Shown here in pieces: positions 62,218 to 64,000 of a DNA stretch of 64,000 bases; within the stretch, counting starts at the first letter, position 1; each line of letters opens with the position of its first letter. The notes beneath the pieces were generated by a model that saw only the letters and a program-made list of their open reading frames with translations, was not told the DNA's origin and made no database searches. A program made the translations under genes and the position numbers. Origin of the DNA: Candidatus Latescibacterota bacterium (GTDB lineage: Bacteria; Latescibacterota; UBA2968; UBA8231); NCBI GenBank assembly GCA_965261395.1, contig OZ253462.1:1056001-1120000 (forward strand). Direction: 5' to 3'.

Positions 62218-63684
62218 TTATGGCACCCGGTGCAACCAGCGTTGACCGCTGGATAGCAAGCCGGTGTAGAGAAAACCGGCGTGGAAGAGCAGTAGGAAGG
62301 GCATCCCCAAGTAGAGGCCGGTCGCGTAGGCGTGATAGAGAGCGACGACGAAGTAGAGTGCCATGCCCAGTTCGCCCAAAGACAGCAACGACCAGCGGCT
62401 TAGGTACTTGCGCTGCTGACCTTGGTCTCGGCGTCCGGTAAGTCCGTATTTGGGGGTGCGGAGGAAATCGGTTTGGTACCCGACGAGGCCCTCGATCACC
62501 GCCCGGGTGTTGTTGATGCAGAGGCTCATGCCAATGGCCATCAGTAAGGGCAAATACTTGATCTGCCGCCGCCAATCTGGATAGAGCACGCGCTGGGAGG
62601 TAATGTAGAAGCCGGAAATGGCCATGGTGGCAAAAGAAAACAGCGGCAGGTCGATGATAAAGAGCCGCTCCCAGCCCAGTTGCGCGCGAATGGACAGTAC
62701 CGGCAAGGTCAACAGGGCCATTAAGAGCATCATAATGTAGCAGATGTTGGCCGTCAGATGGAAGGTGGCCTCGACCTTGACCTTAGTTGGCAGCGCAGAA
62801 TGCCAGATTCGCGGCAGCACTTTCTTCGCCGTCTGTACCGCGCCCTTGGTCCAGCGATGCTGTTGCGACTTGAAGGCATTGATCTCGATAGGGATCTCGC
62901 CGGGCACTTCTATTTCGGGCAAATAGAGAAACTGCCAGCCCGCTAGCTGAGCGCGGTAGCTCAAGTCGAGGTCTTCGGTGAGCGTGTCGTGCTGCCAGCC
63001 GCCAGCGTCGTAGATGGCCTTCTTGCGCCAGATCCCCCCGGTGCCGTTGAAGTTGAAGAAGCGGCCCGAGCGGTTGCGGGCCGTGTGCTCGACGACGAAG
63101 TGGCCGTCGAGGAAGATCGACTGGATGCGCGTCAGCAGCGAGTAGGAGCGATTGAGGTGCCCCCAACGCATCTGCACCATGCCGATGGAATCGTCGGTAA
63201 AGTAGTGAATAGCCCGTTGTAGGATGTCGGGGAGGGGCACGAAATCGGCGTCGAGCACCAACACGAATTCGCCCCGGGCGCGCTCTAGCCCAGCAGCCAA
63301 AGCCCCGGCCTTAAAGCCGTGGCGCTGGGTCCGGCCCAGGTACTCGATGTCTAGCCCTTGGGCCGCCAGCCGCGCGGCCCCTTCCCGCGCCTTGTCGCAG
63401 GTTTCGTCCTGCGAGTCGTCGAGGATCTGGATTTGCAGACGGTCGCGGGGATAGTCGATTTGGCCCACGGCCTCTAGCAGGCGCTCGACCACGTGATATT
63501 CGTTGTAAAGCGGCAACTGGACCGTGACGAAGGGCAACTCGGCAAAGCGGTCGGGCTGGGGAACCGGGATTGGATGATGCCGATAAAACAGGCGCAGTAG
63601 CTGGTAGCGGTGGAAGCCGTAGATACCGAGAACAGCGATGATGATGCTGTACACCACCAAACAGAGTACTTCCCAGAAGGTCAT
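62218..63684 (-). CDS. Processive GT2 glycosyltransferase (cellulose synthase-like)
   Basis: VQLPLYNE, FKAGAL, DAD, TED, QQHRW; flanking TM helices. Confidence 0.92.
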   Translation of the reverse strand: MTFWEVLCLVVYSIIIAVLGIYGFHRYQLLRLFYRHHPIPVPQPDRFAELPFVTVQLPLYNEYHVVERLLEAVGQIDYPRDRLQIQILDDSQDETCDKAREGAARLAAQGLDIEYLGRTQRHGFKAGALAAGLERARGEFVLVLDADFVPLPDILQRAIHYFTDDSIGMVQMRWGHLNRSYSLLTRIQSIFLDGHFVVEHTARNRSGRFFNFNGTGGIWRKKAIYDAGGWQHDTLTEDLDLSYRAQLAGWQFLYLPEIEVPGEIPIEINAFKSQQHRWTKGAVQTAKKVLPRIWHSALPTKVKVEATFHLTANICYIMMLLMALLTLPVLSIRAQLGWERLFIIDLPLFSFATMAISGFYITSQRVLYPDWRRQIKYLPLLMAIGMSLCINNTRAVIEGLVGYQTDFLRTPKYGLTGRRDQGQQRKYLSRWSLLSLGELGMALYFVVALYHAYATGLYLGMPFLLLFHAGFLYTGLLSSGQRWLHRVP

Positions 63685-63698
63685 ATCGCTTTCCAAGC

Positions 63699-64000
<302 letters not shown>

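Overview
GC-rich bacterial chromosome segment of about 55 genes. The content (FlgD-Ig/T9SS-CTD-like secreted proteins, PorV/PorQ-like barrels, PhyH dioxygenases, a YWTD/LDL-receptor repeat protein) suggests an FCB-related lineage such as Latescibacterota, possibly a sponge symbiont; that is inference only. The backbone carries groEL with a CIRCE, lipB, icd, moaC, argF, nrnA, surA, mfd, tRNA-Ala(GGC), fmt, yajC, tgt, purC and the 3' end of secA. Main points: (1) an assimilatory nitrate/nitrite cluster (8.1-17.6 kb) in which every gene except the porin is broken, by microhomology-bounded deletions, a tandem duplication, a nonsense change and 1-bp losses; (2) a candidate T9SS-like export system with two PorV/PorQ-like barrels, a site-2 protease, two paralogous lipoproteins ending in an SW(G/A)xL(K/R) motif, and four FlgD-Ig-tailed cargo proteins; (3) a 4-kb integrase-less insert bounded by a duplicated lipB 5' end; (4) a PhyH enzyme with an HxG (halogenase-like) iron motif heading a dgcN-dgcA-C39 peptidase run; (5) an apparent CCWGG-to-CTAGG/CCAAG mutational scar; (6) a CTG-initiated PPIase. 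All calls come from reading the sequence; no database searches were run.
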